The notes under the pieces are model-generated. The model saw only the letters and a list, made by a program, of their open reading frames with translations. It ran no database searches and was not told where the DNA came from. 64,000 nucleotides of DNA from an uncultured delta proteobacterium (GTDB taxonomy: Bacteria; Desulfobacterota; Desulfobacteria; Desulfobacterales; SG8-13). A program made the translations under genes and the position numbers. Below, one piece after another: positions 1-8,405 of this stretch (its first letter is position 1; every line of letters starts with the position of its first letter). The stretch covers positions 70,584-134,583 of the forward strand of contig CAWGUE010000001.1 of assembly GCA_963825595.1 (NCBI GenBank), written 5' to 3'.

Positions 1-1124
1 CATTTTGGATCATCGGCGTATAGCAGAATCGCTTCAGCGGTTTTCTTGAACTCGTCATTGCTTTTCACCGCTATCTCTGCCTGCTTCAACACCTTCAGGG
101 CGGCAGGCTTATCCTGAATCTCTTCGGCCAGAGCCTTGGTCACTTCGAGGAGTTGTTTCGAATTCGGTTGGGCGCCCAAGGTCTTTTGATAGACCTCAGC
201 GGCAACCCCGGTGTTACCGGTATCAGATATAATCGCCTTGGCCAATTTCGACAATTGATCAAACGTCGTCGATAGGGGCTCAGCCTTTTTGTATATATCG
301 AGAGCCAGTTCTTTGTCTTCGAGTGATTGGACGATTGACTTCGCCAGGGTCATCAGCTCCTCGCCTTTTGTCATGCGATCGGAAGCTTTACGATAAATGG
401 CCTTGGCGTATTCCGGATCCTTTAAATCGGTAACAGCGGATCCTGCCAGTGCAATCAAATCTTTGCCGGTTTCGAGCTTGGTCTCACCTTTCGCAAACAG
501 AGTGCGGGCCAGTTCGACGTCTTCGATGCTCTCGATAACGCCTTTGGCCAGCTGAGCATAATCATCGCCGGTTTTGCAGCTTTCAGCCGCCTGATTGAAA
601 ACCGCCTTGGCCTGTTCCCGGTCTCCGAGAACGTCCAGGATGCCCTTGGCACATTCAACGTGATCGGCCATCGAAGAGCATTTTTCCATAGCCGCATCGA
701 TAGTCTTTTTCGCTAACGCCTCGTCGCCCAGAATGTCTTGGATGTTCTTGCTCAACGCGAAAAAATCGGTGATGCGGGTGCATTTTCCCTGAGCGGCACC
801 CATGAGTTCAGATGCGGTGTCGGCATCACCTATATCCGATGCCACGTGCGCCAGGTTGATAAAGTCCTGAGTCGTAGCTCCGAAATCCTTGGCCTGAACC
901 AGGTACTGTTTGGCCTTTTCCTTATCCCCCAGCGCTTCAGCGGCACCCTTGGCGAACAATATCAATTCGTCCACGGTCTGGGCCCACTCGGCGCCTTCGT
1001 CCAGCAATTCGCCGGCCCACTGCGTGTCGGAAAGCTCCTGGGCGATTTCCCTGGCAACATTCACATAGTCTTCTGAGGTTTGACAGCCTTCTGCTTTTTC
1101 TTCCAATTCTTCCTTGGTGCTCAC
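1..1124 (-). CDS. TPR-like 34-residue helical-repeat protein, N-terminal ~374 codons; gene continues past the left window edge
   Basis: Not in the ORF track because there is no stop inside the window. The reverse strand from GTG at 1124 reads STKEELEEKAEGCQTSEDYVNVAREIAQELSD... with no stop down to base 1. An aaggaggagg Shine-Dalgarno lies directly upstream. About 11 tandem 34-aa units share the spacing D-[FYL]-x2-LAK-x-I-x3-L-x-D-x3-A-x3-[FY]-x2-A. Confidence 0.6.
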   Translation of the reverse strand, partial: MSTKEELEEKAEGCQTSEDYVNVAREIAQELSDTQWAGELLDEGAEWAQTVDELILFAKGAAEALGDKEKAKQYLVQAKDFGATTQDFINLAHVASDIGDADTASELMGAAQGKCTRITDFFALSKNIQDILGDEALAKKTIDAAMEKCSSMADHVECAKGILDVLGDREQAKAVFNQAAESCKTGDDYAQLAKGVIESIEDVELARTLFAKGETKLETGKDLIALAGSAVTDLKDPEYAKAIYRKASDRMTKGEELMTLAKSIVQSLEDKELALDIYKKAEPLSTTFDQLSKLAKAIISDTGNTGVAAEVYQKTLGAQPNSKQLLEVTKALAEEIQDKPAALKVLKQAEIAVKSNDEFKKTAEAILLYADDPK

Positions 1125-1521
1125 GTCCTCCTCCTTTGGCAAGTGGATTATAAATGTGTATCGAAAAAGTCATGGCGCCCGCCGATCGTGGTATGTCCTG
1201 ATAGCATCAATGTCGAACCGTGCAGAAGAGATGCAGGAATCAACGATCGGCCGCGCAAATTATGGGTGCGGTTTTTGCTGTATTGTCCTACATCGTCGGC
1301 CTTGACGTTGTCAATCAACATCTGTTGTTTAACCCACATCACATATCGGAGTGGAAAAATACTCATGCAATATGCGGGTTGACGCGGTTTTGATGTAGAT
1401 TTAGAGATGGGCTACGAGTAACAATGGTTCGCTAACGACAACGATATCCGGGGTCTTTTCAAAAGATTAGATTGCATAGCAGAAGGACAACTTTCGAGGA
1501 TTTTGACGCCTGGTGTTCGGC

Positions 1522-1738
1522 TTCTACCCAAATTGAGCGATTTTCAAGTTTGCCGCAGATACAAGGAAAATGTCGTTCCGCTATAGTGAACTATGCGGGA
1601 CGGCATTTGACGCCATAGATGCGGTGAAATTGATAATCCCGTGGGGTTTCATATTTTCGAAAATCAAACTGGTAGAATTCCTTATAATTACTTTTAATTT
1701 ATTCATTTCGAAAATATGAAACGCTCAACTTGGGTTCT
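1522..1738. mobile_element. MITE-like element, family B, copy 1
   Basis: About 215 bp with no ORF. The ends acccaaattgagcg ... cgctcaacttgggt are inverted repeats. Collinear with 7404-7648 (shared blocks cccaaattgagcgattttcaag, gtcgttccgctatag, atattttcgaaa, catttcgaaaatat). The right end overlaps the response-regulator stop codon at 1737-1739. Confidence 0.65.
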
Positions 1739-2414
1739 AATCAAATTTGTATCCCACACCATACACCGTGTGGATTATTTCTATCCCGGGAAGCTTTTGG
1801 GCGATTTTCTTGCGCAGGTTTTTGATATGCGAATCGATTGTCCGGTCATACCCATCAAACTGATATCCCTGGACTTTATCGAGCAACTGACTGCGGGAAA
1901 AGACTCTCTTCGGGTGTGCTATCATGACTCTTAACAGCCCGAACTCACTGGGCGTCAAATGCAGCTCCTGGCCCTCCACATGCACCTGATGGGTCGACTC
2001 ATTCAGTGTGATGGGGCCAACACTTATTATGGCCGAGGTCGGATCGGCATGGGACCGGCGTAAAACGGCCTTGACCCGGGCGACCACCTCTCGCGGGCTG
2101 AAGGGCTTGCAGATATAGTCGTCGGCTCCCAACTCCAAACCGAGAATGCGGTCCAATTCTTCCACGCGGGCGGTGAGCATAATGATAGGAATATTGGAAA
2201 ATTTTCGGATCTCTTTGCACACTTCGGTCCCATTCATTCCAGGGAGCATGATGTCAAGTAATATCAAAGCGGGCGGATCGCTCTTAATTGACGGCACCAC
2301 TTGGTCACCTTGGTATAAGCAAGTAACCCTGAAACCGGACTCCATCAAATAATCGCGCAGTAGATCCGCAATTTTTGATTCGTCTTCGACGACTAAAATG
2401 GCCTCCTGGCTCAT
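1737..2414 (-). CDS. OmpR-family response regulator (BaeR/CpxR-like)
   Basis: 225 aa. Receiver motifs VVEDE, LLDIMLPGMNG and ADDYICKPF, then a winged-helix C-terminus ending ...IHTVYGVGYKFD. Confidence 0.93.
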   Translation of the reverse strand: MSQEAILVVEDESKIADLLRDYLMESGFRVTCLYQGDQVVPSIKSDPPALILLDIMLPGMNGTEVCKEIRKFSNIPIIMLTARVEELDRILGLELGADDYICKPFSPREVVARVKAVLRRSHADPTSAIISVGPITLNESTHQVHVEGQELHLTPSEFGLLRVMIAHPKRVFSRSQLLDKVQGYQFDGYDRTIDSHIKNLRKKIAQKLPGIEIIHTVYGVGYKFD

Positions 2415-2449
2415 GTCTATGACTGCCCCTTGATGGTGTTTTTGTCTTC

Positions 2450-2791
2450 TATAGCTGTTGTCCTAAATCTGTTCCGATTAGAGGGTGTGTGCGACAGCAA
2501 AAAATCCCCCCAACGAGGCTGTCCGACAACCCCTCAAATGCATGATACTACTACCATATATTGTTTCAGTAAAATTAAACTATATATAGTAGGCTGTGCC
2601 GGTTTTTTGGAGGTTGTCGGACAGCCTCCTGCCCCCCTTTTACGAAAGGGGGGAACGCTTAAACACCAGCATCCCTTTTTGACGCAAGAGCTGGGTTGGA
2701 ACCACTTCAGGCCTTTACCAGTTCCCCCTTTGGCAAAGGGGGACAGGGGGATTTTTATAATAGAGCCAATCGGAATATTATTCTGACATTC
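2450..2791. mobile_element. MITE-like element, family A, copy 1 (carries a nested insert)
   Basis: Matches the reverse complement of 38030-38254 (agctgttgtc..., gagggtgtgtgcgacagc, ggggggaacgcttaaaca, ccagttccccctttg.caaagggggacagggggatttt, gaat..tattctgacattc). Contains two GC-rich hairpins of the form cccccttt...aaaggggg. Fills the gap between the kinase and regulator genes. Confidence 0.7.
2515..2628. mobile_element. 114-bp MITE-like insert (family E) nested inside family A copy 1
   Basis: Perfect 17-bp terminal inverted repeats gaggctgtccgacaacc / ggttgtcggacagcctc. This segment is absent from the otherwise collinear copy at 38030-38254. Confidence 0.65.
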
Positions 2792-4295
2792 AGAATAATG
2801 GAAATTCAATCTGGATCAAAAGACCGCCTGATGGCGAATGAACACCCCGGATGCGTCCTTTGTGAGACGCAACAATTTGTTTGCAGATGGCCAGTCCCAA
2901 CCCGCTGCCGCCCGTCGTCCGACTCCGTGATTGATCGACGCGGTAAAGTCTGTCGAACAACCTTTCGAGCGCATCTTCGGGCACACCGGGTGCGGAATCC
3001 TCGAACGAAAGTGTCAGCTTCTGCGCAGTATGTTGTTCGAAAATTCTTAAAACCCCCGGTGAATCGGTGTATTTTAATGAGTTGTCCAGCAGGTTGGTAA
3101 ATAGCTGAGCCAGTTGGTCGGCATCGCCATGAATGATGAGCCCCTCCCCTTCACCGGTCATCATATCAACTTCAATTCCCTTTTTAGCTAAACGCGGTCG
3201 AAAATGGTTGACCATTTTATCGAGAATCTCAAACAGCTTGACCGGATCGCTCTTGGTCAACAGGCTTTTTGAGTCGGCCAAAGACAGAAAATGGAGATCC
3301 CCCACCAGTTTGCTGAGGCGGACCACCTCTGAGTGCAGTGAATCAAGGCCGGCTTGGTCCGGTTTTCTCAAACCATCCTGCATGGCTTCAATCTCTCCTT
3401 TTAGAATCGCCAAGGGGGTCCGCAATTCGTGGGAAATATCCGTAAGCCACTGCCTGCGCAAAGTTTCGTATTTCTTGAGCGTTGCGGCCATTCGGTTAAA
3501 GTCCAACGCCAACTGTCCCAGTTCGTCTTGCGTACCGACATCGATCTTGGTATCGAACTTGAACTCGGCAAGGCGCCGGGTTCCATTGGCCAGTTGGCGA
3601 ACAGGAGCCAGCAGGTGCTTTGAAAGCAGGAACGAAACGATTGCGGCAAGCACGAGAATACCACTACCGATCAAATAGAACCCATGGGTCTGCTCTTTAA
3701 GGAAAGAAATGGCCAACGGATGGGTTAGTTGTTCGCGCTTATGGAGACCGAGCCATCCCACGACCCGGCCGTCCACGGGTATTGCCCGCAAAGTGTAGTG
3801 ACCTGAAGGCCCCCTGGCTGATCCTCCGACAACATGATTGCGGTCAGCATCGAAAAGGGCAAGTCCTCGGGCCAGTCTGATAAATGGCTTGGGGCGTCTG
3901 GCACCCGGCGGCGGACGTTCGGGGGTATCGTTTGCGTCCGGCTTTATTCCAACAGTCTTGGCGGGCGTATGGGTAAGAACCGTATCCTCACGCCTTGCCG
4001 GCGACCGGTATCGCTCGATATCGCCTTTTGCCAATGCGGATCGTAAGATATCCCGCCAACCACTCGAATTATCTATTAAGGCATGCCAGCCATTATTGAC
4101 CTCATAGACCGCCGCCAACTCGGAAATAAGCCCGTCGAGATTATCCAGCGCTGCCTTGTTGACATAATCTGCGAATCCGCGGGCCATATAGAAGCGCATG
4201 ATTCCGACCATCAGCGCCACAACCAGGCAAGACGTCAACAAAAACACGGCAAATATTTTGTAAGCCAACTTCATTTTCACCACGGTTGTCGACAC
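2790..4295 (-). CDS. Sensor histidine kinase, BaeS-like (2 TM, periplasmic loop, HAMP, HisKA, HATPase_c)
   Basis: 501 aa. H-box DISHELRTPLAIL, N-box LFTNLLDNSLKYT, G-boxes DSAPGV and GGSGLGLAI. Collinear with E. coli BaeS as I recall it. The true start may be the internal MKLAYKIF. Confidence 0.92.
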   Translation of the reverse strand: MSTTVVKMKLAYKIFAVFLLTSCLVVALMVGIMRFYMARGFADYVNKAALDNLDGLISELAAVYEVNNGWHALIDNSSGWRDILRSALAKGDIERYRSPARREDTVLTHTPAKTVGIKPDANDTPERPPPGARRPKPFIRLARGLALFDADRNHVVGGSARGPSGHYTLRAIPVDGRVVGWLGLHKREQLTHPLAISFLKEQTHGFYLIGSGILVLAAIVSFLLSKHLLAPVRQLANGTRRLAEFKFDTKIDVGTQDELGQLALDFNRMAATLKKYETLRRQWLTDISHELRTPLAILKGEIEAMQDGLRKPDQAGLDSLHSEVVRLSKLVGDLHFLSLADSKSLLTKSDPVKLFEILDKMVNHFRPRLAKKGIEVDMMTGEGEGLIIHGDADQLAQLFTNLLDNSLKYTDSPGVLRIFEQHTAQKLTLSFEDSAPGVPEDALERLFDRLYRVDQSRSRTTGGSGLGLAICKQIVASHKGRIRGVHSPSGGLLIQIEFPLF

Positions 4296-4309
4296 CTTTC
4301 TATCATGAT

Positions 4310-4353
4310 AACCACTTATATCGGCCTTCCGTATTTCGGAACTTTATAGTGGT
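4310..4353. repeat. Short palindromic repeat unit (core ttccgtatttcggaa), copy 1
   Basis: aaccacttatatcggccttccgtatttcggaactttatagtggt. The outer arms accacttata/tatagtggt pair with each other. Related to 4394-4449 and, inverted, to 18865-18917. Confidence 0.5.
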
Positions 4354-4393
4354 AGTCAATAAAACGCGCCATTATAGGATCGTTTTATTCACC

Positions 4394-4449
4394 AACCACT
4401 TATACCATCCTTCCGTATGTCGGAATATAATTTTGAAAAGCGGTATAAA
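4394..4449. repeat. Short palindromic repeat unit (core ttccgtatgtcggaa), copy 2
   Basis: aaccacttataccatccttccgtatgtcggaatataattttgaaaagcggtataaa. About 55 nt collinear with the reverse complement of 18865-18917. Confidence 0.55.
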
Positions 4450-4671
4450 AAGCGAAATAAATAATAATCAATTCCATCAGATGGATCAATCATTTCAGCC
4501 ATATTCGCAACATCCACATCCTTTCTCCACATTTCCTCCATAATTTCAATTTCCACGTTTATCACATTTTTCCTTCATACTTTCTCCATATTCAAGCGTT
4601 AAATTACAGGCAAGACGATGCGAAAACCGCTCGTCACATCTTAAACCAATTTCCAACCAGAGGAGGGTATC

Positions 4672-5205
4672 ATGAAAAGAAAGCCAATCAGCGTTGTCAT
4701 TCTGACCGTACTTTTGGCCATTACACTCATCGGCGTGGGTATTGCCGCCGAACAAACGGAGCGGCCGTTTGCCGGAGCCAAACACCGTCACCACCGCGAC
4801 GGCGGGCTGAAAATCCTATCGCGCACCATCCACCAAAATATGGCGGCTCAGGTGCTTTCCGAAATTACGGGCCAACCTGTCGACACGATTCGGGAACAAG
4901 TCGAGGGAAAACGACTGCGGGCAGTGTTGGATGATTACAAGATTGACCGCGAAGTCTTTCAAACCGCCATGCGGTCGAAAACCAATGCGTTGATCAGTAA
5001 TCTTGTCGAAGGAGGCTATATTACACCGGCACAGGAAAGAAGCATCGCCGAAAAAATGGATCGACAATTGCAGCGGCGTGAACTCATGAACCGTCTGATT
5101 GAAAAGGGTGTCGAAGATGGAACCATCACATCCGAACAGGCACTGGTTTTGAAGTCACAAGCGCCGCTAAACCGAAGATTTCAACTTACATTTCGGCACT
5201 GCTGA
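4672..5205 (+). CDS. Secreted helical protein, possibly Spy/CpxP-like periplasmic stress protein
   Basis: 177 aa. Signal peptide MKRKPISVVILTVLLAITLIGVGIAAE, a His-rich stretch KHRHHRDGG, and two [IL]T-x-x-Q motifs (ITPAQ, ITSEQ) in predicted helices. GGAGG RBS upstream. Divergent from the BaeS-like kinase. Confidence 0.55.
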   Translation: MKRKPISVVILTVLLAITLIGVGIAAEQTERPFAGAKHRHHRDGGLKILSRTIHQNMAAQVLSEITGQPVDTIREQVEGKRLRAVLDDYKIDREVFQTAMRSKTNALISNLVEGGYITPAQERSIAEKMDRQLQRRELMNRLIEKGVEDGTITSEQALVLKSQAPLNRRFQLTFRHC

Positions 5206-5220
5206 AGTGTAAGTTGAAAT
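5178..5220 (+). terminator. 13-bp-stem inverted repeat spanning the stop codon of the 4672 gene
   Basis: atttcaacttaca-N17-tgtaagttgaaat. No U-tract follows, so its role as a terminator is uncertain. Confidence 0.3.
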
Positions 5221-5299
5221 CACCCGATTAGGGGTTCAATAAGGAGTTAACCGTGCCCGAAAAAAAATCATCGGCCATAAGCACATACGAAAACAGTTT

Positions 5300-5529
5300 A
5301 GAACCTATCTCAAAATAAAGATTTTGGTTCAAGATTAAGGCGGAGCCGCATTTCCCCGCTTTGCGGGACTTCCCGCCCGATCGATTCTTCATTGTGGGTC
5401 GTAACCCGCAGGCATACTCAAGTATGTCGAGGACTTAAAAGAAGGCTCCAACACCGAGATTTATCCGCCTCTGGAGGACTTGTCCGCATAGGGCGGATGG
5501 GGCCAAAAGATTATTTTGAGATAGGTTCT
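5300..5529. mobile_element. MITE-like element, family C
   Basis: 230 bp bounded by perfect 19-bp inverted repeats agaacctatctcaaaataa / ttattttgagataggttct. No credible ORF. Single copy in this window. Confidence 0.6.
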
Positions 5530-5806
5530 ACTCTTTTACGCCCTCGCGCTCGCAGTTCCGCTGTTGCTTTTGACCCTTATATGATGCGGATCGGCCAATG
5601 CGCAAGTTCGTAGCGTCATCCCGAAAAACAGGCGTGCCGAAGAAATCATATTCTCAGATTCCCCGGCACACGATGCTTCGGAAAACGGCCAGAACGCTCT
5701 GTTTATACACTCTGAATAAGGGTTTCGGCTGTTTGTACTTCCTCACGCAGGTTCGCACACGATGGTAGTCTTCACGTATTCATGGCTTCCCCTTTGGATC
5801 CGCTCA

Positions 5807-6250
5807 CTATACCGGAACCATCACCACCGGCGCAGTACTGCATTTGAGAACCCTTTCGGCCACACTGCCAAAATCAAAATGACCCTCACTGCCCCGGTTG
5901 GCCATGACGATAAGATCGATTTTTTCCGATTCGATCAGTTTCAGAATTTCGTTGGCCGGTTCGCCGACACTGACGTGGCGGATGTAGAGCGGGCAGGCGT
6001 TTAAAAACTGTTCGCACAACTTGTCCAGCCGGGTTTCGGCTGTTTTCTTTTCCCAGGCCCGCATCTTTTCGAATTCTTTCGGATCGTATTCCCCGTAATG
6101 AACACCGAATTCGGGGTAGTCTTTCAGAACATAGAGAATGTGGATTTCCGCTCCGTATTTTTCAGTCAGCGACGTCACATATGGCAGGGCTCCTGCGGCG
6201 TTCTCCGAAAAATCGGTCGGCCAAAGTATCTTGTTGATCTCCATGGACAC
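5807..6250 (-). CDS. Universal stress protein (UspA family)
   Basis: 147 aa. KILWPTDFSE..., IHILYV, DLIVMANRGSEG...GSVAERVLKCSTAPVVMV. Confidence 0.9.
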   Translation of the reverse strand: MSMEINKILWPTDFSENAAGALPYVTSLTEKYGAEIHILYVLKDYPEFGVHYGEYDPKEFEKMRAWEKKTAETRLDKLCEQFLNACPLYIRHVSVGEPANEILKLIESEKIDLIVMANRGSEGHFDFGSVAERVLKCSTAPVVMVPV

Positions 6251-6330
6251 CCTCTCCCCCCTTCAATTTAGTATTCCCTACAAATAAAACAATTCCCATT
6301 TCCAAAAATTTGCAACACTCCAATCAGGAT

Positions 6331-7371
6331 CTATTTACCGAACGGACATTTGGGAAAAAGACAATCGGGGCAGTTCAGGCAAAGCCCGCCGTGGCCCATT
6401 TCTGCTATGTTTTCTCTGGTCAGGTTCTCACCGGCGAGGATTCTCGGCAGTATCAGATCGAGGATGGTGGTCTTGTGGTAGAGGCCGCAAGCCGGAATTC
6501 CGATAACCGGGACGCCGTCCACATCGGCCAGCATCAGCATGGCGCCGGGCAGAACCGGCGCGCCGTAACATTCGGCCTGGCCACCAGCCAAACGGATGCC
6601 TTCCCGGGTCACATCATCCGGATCCACGGACATCCCACCGGTGGTGAGAACCAGGTCGGCGCCGGCAGTGAGCCACCGCCGGATTTCGATCGAAATGGCC
6701 TTAGCGCTGTCCGGTGCAAATGAAACGCCAATGACCTCCGAGCCGATGAGGCTGATCTTTTCCCTCAACACCGGTTCGAACTGGTCATCGATCAGGCGCG
6801 TGAAGACTTCACTGCCGGTGATGACCAGGCCGGTCCTGGCCCTGGGCAGTGAGACGACCCGAAAGATGCCGTTCCGGGCCTGAGCGAGAGCAGCGGCTTG
6901 GCGCACCAGGTCGGTTTTAACGACGATCGGAATGGCGCGGGTACCGGCCACGATGTCACCTTTTTTCACCAGGCTGTTTGTGTGCCGTGACGCACACATC
7001 ACTTCTCCCAGCAGGTTGAAACGGGTCAGCGTGTTTACGGCAACCTTCAGCAAGCCGTCCCTGCCGGCCAGAAGGTTGAGTTTTCCTTCACGGGGCTCGG
7101 CCTCCGGCACAACACCGTCCCCGCACAGGGCGTCGGCCAGAATAACAGCCGCATCATTTTCGTGCATGTGCCCGTCGTCGATGTCGAGAACAAATAGATT
7201 CTGTTTGCCCAGGCGTTGAAGGTGGCACAAATCCGTAGACTGCACCACGTGGCCCTTCTTGAAGGCGCGCCCCTTGAATTCACCCTTGCGGACCTCGGTC
7301 ACATCGTGCGCCAAAACCAGACCGACGGCATCTTTTAAATCTACGGTTCGGAACATGGTAACCACCGACAA
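6331..7371 (-). CDS. Molybdopterin-binding (MoeA/MogA-type MoCF_biosynth domain) protein with Cys-rich C-terminus
   Basis: 346 aa. LVITGSEV...DLVLTTGGMSVDPDD, a GIPACG motif, and C-terminal CLNCPDCLFPKCPFGK. Confidence 0.75.
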   Translation of the reverse strand: MSVVTMFRTVDLKDAVGLVLAHDVTEVRKGEFKGRAFKKGHVVQSTDLCHLQRLGKQNLFVLDIDDGHMHENDAAVILADALCGDGVVPEAEPREGKLNLLAGRDGLLKVAVNTLTRFNLLGEVMCASRHTNSLVKKGDIVAGTRAIPIVVKTDLVRQAAALAQARNGIFRVVSLPRARTGLVITGSEVFTRLIDDQFEPVLREKISLIGSEVIGVSFAPDSAKAISIEIRRWLTAGADLVLTTGGMSVDPDDVTREGIRLAGGQAECYGAPVLPGAMLMLADVDGVPVIGIPACGLYHKTTILDLILPRILAGENLTRENIAEMGHGGLCLNCPDCLFPKCPFGK

Positions 7372-7403
7372 ACTGACACGATTATTCTACCGAATTGAAT
7401 TAT

Positions 7404-7648
7404 TTCTTCCCAAATTGAGCGATTTTCAAGGCTTGCTCGCCTTTGGCGATGTTGCCGCAGATCCTGTCGTTCCGCTATAGTCTGCTATGCGGGTTCCGCT
7501 TACGGGAAGATGCGGTGATTCGCCAGAGGCGGATAAGAATTGGAAATCCCGCAGGGTTTTATATTTTCGAAAGTCAAATATGCAGAATTCCATATAATTA
7601 TTATTAATTTTATCATTTCGAAAATATAAAACGCTCAAATTGGGTTCT
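7404..7648. mobile_element. MITE-like element, family B, copy 2
   Basis: cccaaattgagcg ... cgctcaaattggg inverted termini. Collinear with 1522-1738 apart from small internal indels. Confidence 0.65.
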
Positions 7649-7724
7649 TATAATCATCGTCTCAGTTCATTGTTAACTCATGGAACTGTCATACTTTGGG
7701 AGTCTCCCCGACAAAGCCGGGGGT

Positions 7725-8396
7725 TTACCGATGATGATTATCGCGCGAGCGGCCGATCACACGCAGATTTCGTCGCGTGACAATCTGACAATAGCCCTCC
7801 CCCTGGCAGGCCTTGCAAACAGGTCCCTGGGCCGCTGCATACGCCTCGCCGCACCGGGCACAAACGGCGGTAGCGTCCTTTTTGATCCGCCGATAAAACC
7901 GGGTCATACAGATTTTCTCAGCCGACAGCACGGTCCGGCCGGCTTCGAGAATCGTTGCGTTTAGTACGTCCAGTGGAAGATCCTTTTTGCTTACCAGACG
8001 CATGTACCAGTTGTAAAGATTTTCAAACGGCCGCGCTTTTTCCAGGTCGAGCCAGATGCGGTAACCGGAGCGCTCGTGCCGGTCGTAAAGGCTCAGTGCA
8101 AACTTGTCCCAATCCAGGATCTTGAGCCAGCCGTTGCCGACCGTGCAGGGGGTAAACAGCTGTATGGCATCCGGCAGGCAATGCCGGGTCTCGACAATTG
8201 CGTCGGCCTCGACCTCTTCACCGATAAGCTCCCGGGCCCAGTCCACCATAAAGAGTCCCAACACCAGGCCCGGCGCTTTCCAGCCGTGAAATCTCTCGAT
8301 GATCTGCAAGCACTCCACCAGTGGCCGGCCACAGACGTTTGTGTCGCCCGGCCCACTACCGTGACTGATGACGATCTTGTTATGCATTGGATTCAC
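7725..8396 (-). CDS. FmdE-family protein with C-terminal zinc ribbon
   Basis: 223 aa. FHGW.APGLVLG, CLPDAIQ..TPCTVGNGWLKI, CARCGE...CKAC. Confidence 0.75.
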   Translation of the reverse strand: MNPMHNKIVISHGSGPGDTNVCGRPLVECLQIIERFHGWKAPGLVLGLFMVDWARELIGEEVEADAIVETRHCLPDAIQLFTPCTVGNGWLKILDWDKFALSLYDRHERSGYRIWLDLEKARPFENLYNWYMRLVSKKDLPLDVLNATILEAGRTVLSAEKICMTRFYRRIKKDATAVCARCGEAYAAAQGPVCKACQGEGYCQIVTRRNLRVIGRSRDNHHR

Positions 8397-8405
8397 CTTT
8401 AAGTT

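Noticed and set aside
2430-2809. ORFs 2430-2786 and 2534-2809 (and 38062-38346) encoding PFAKGG / PLAKGDRGIF-type peptides
   Set aside because: They lie entirely within family A MITE copies. The peptides are translations of the CCCCCTTT/AAAGGGGG hairpins.
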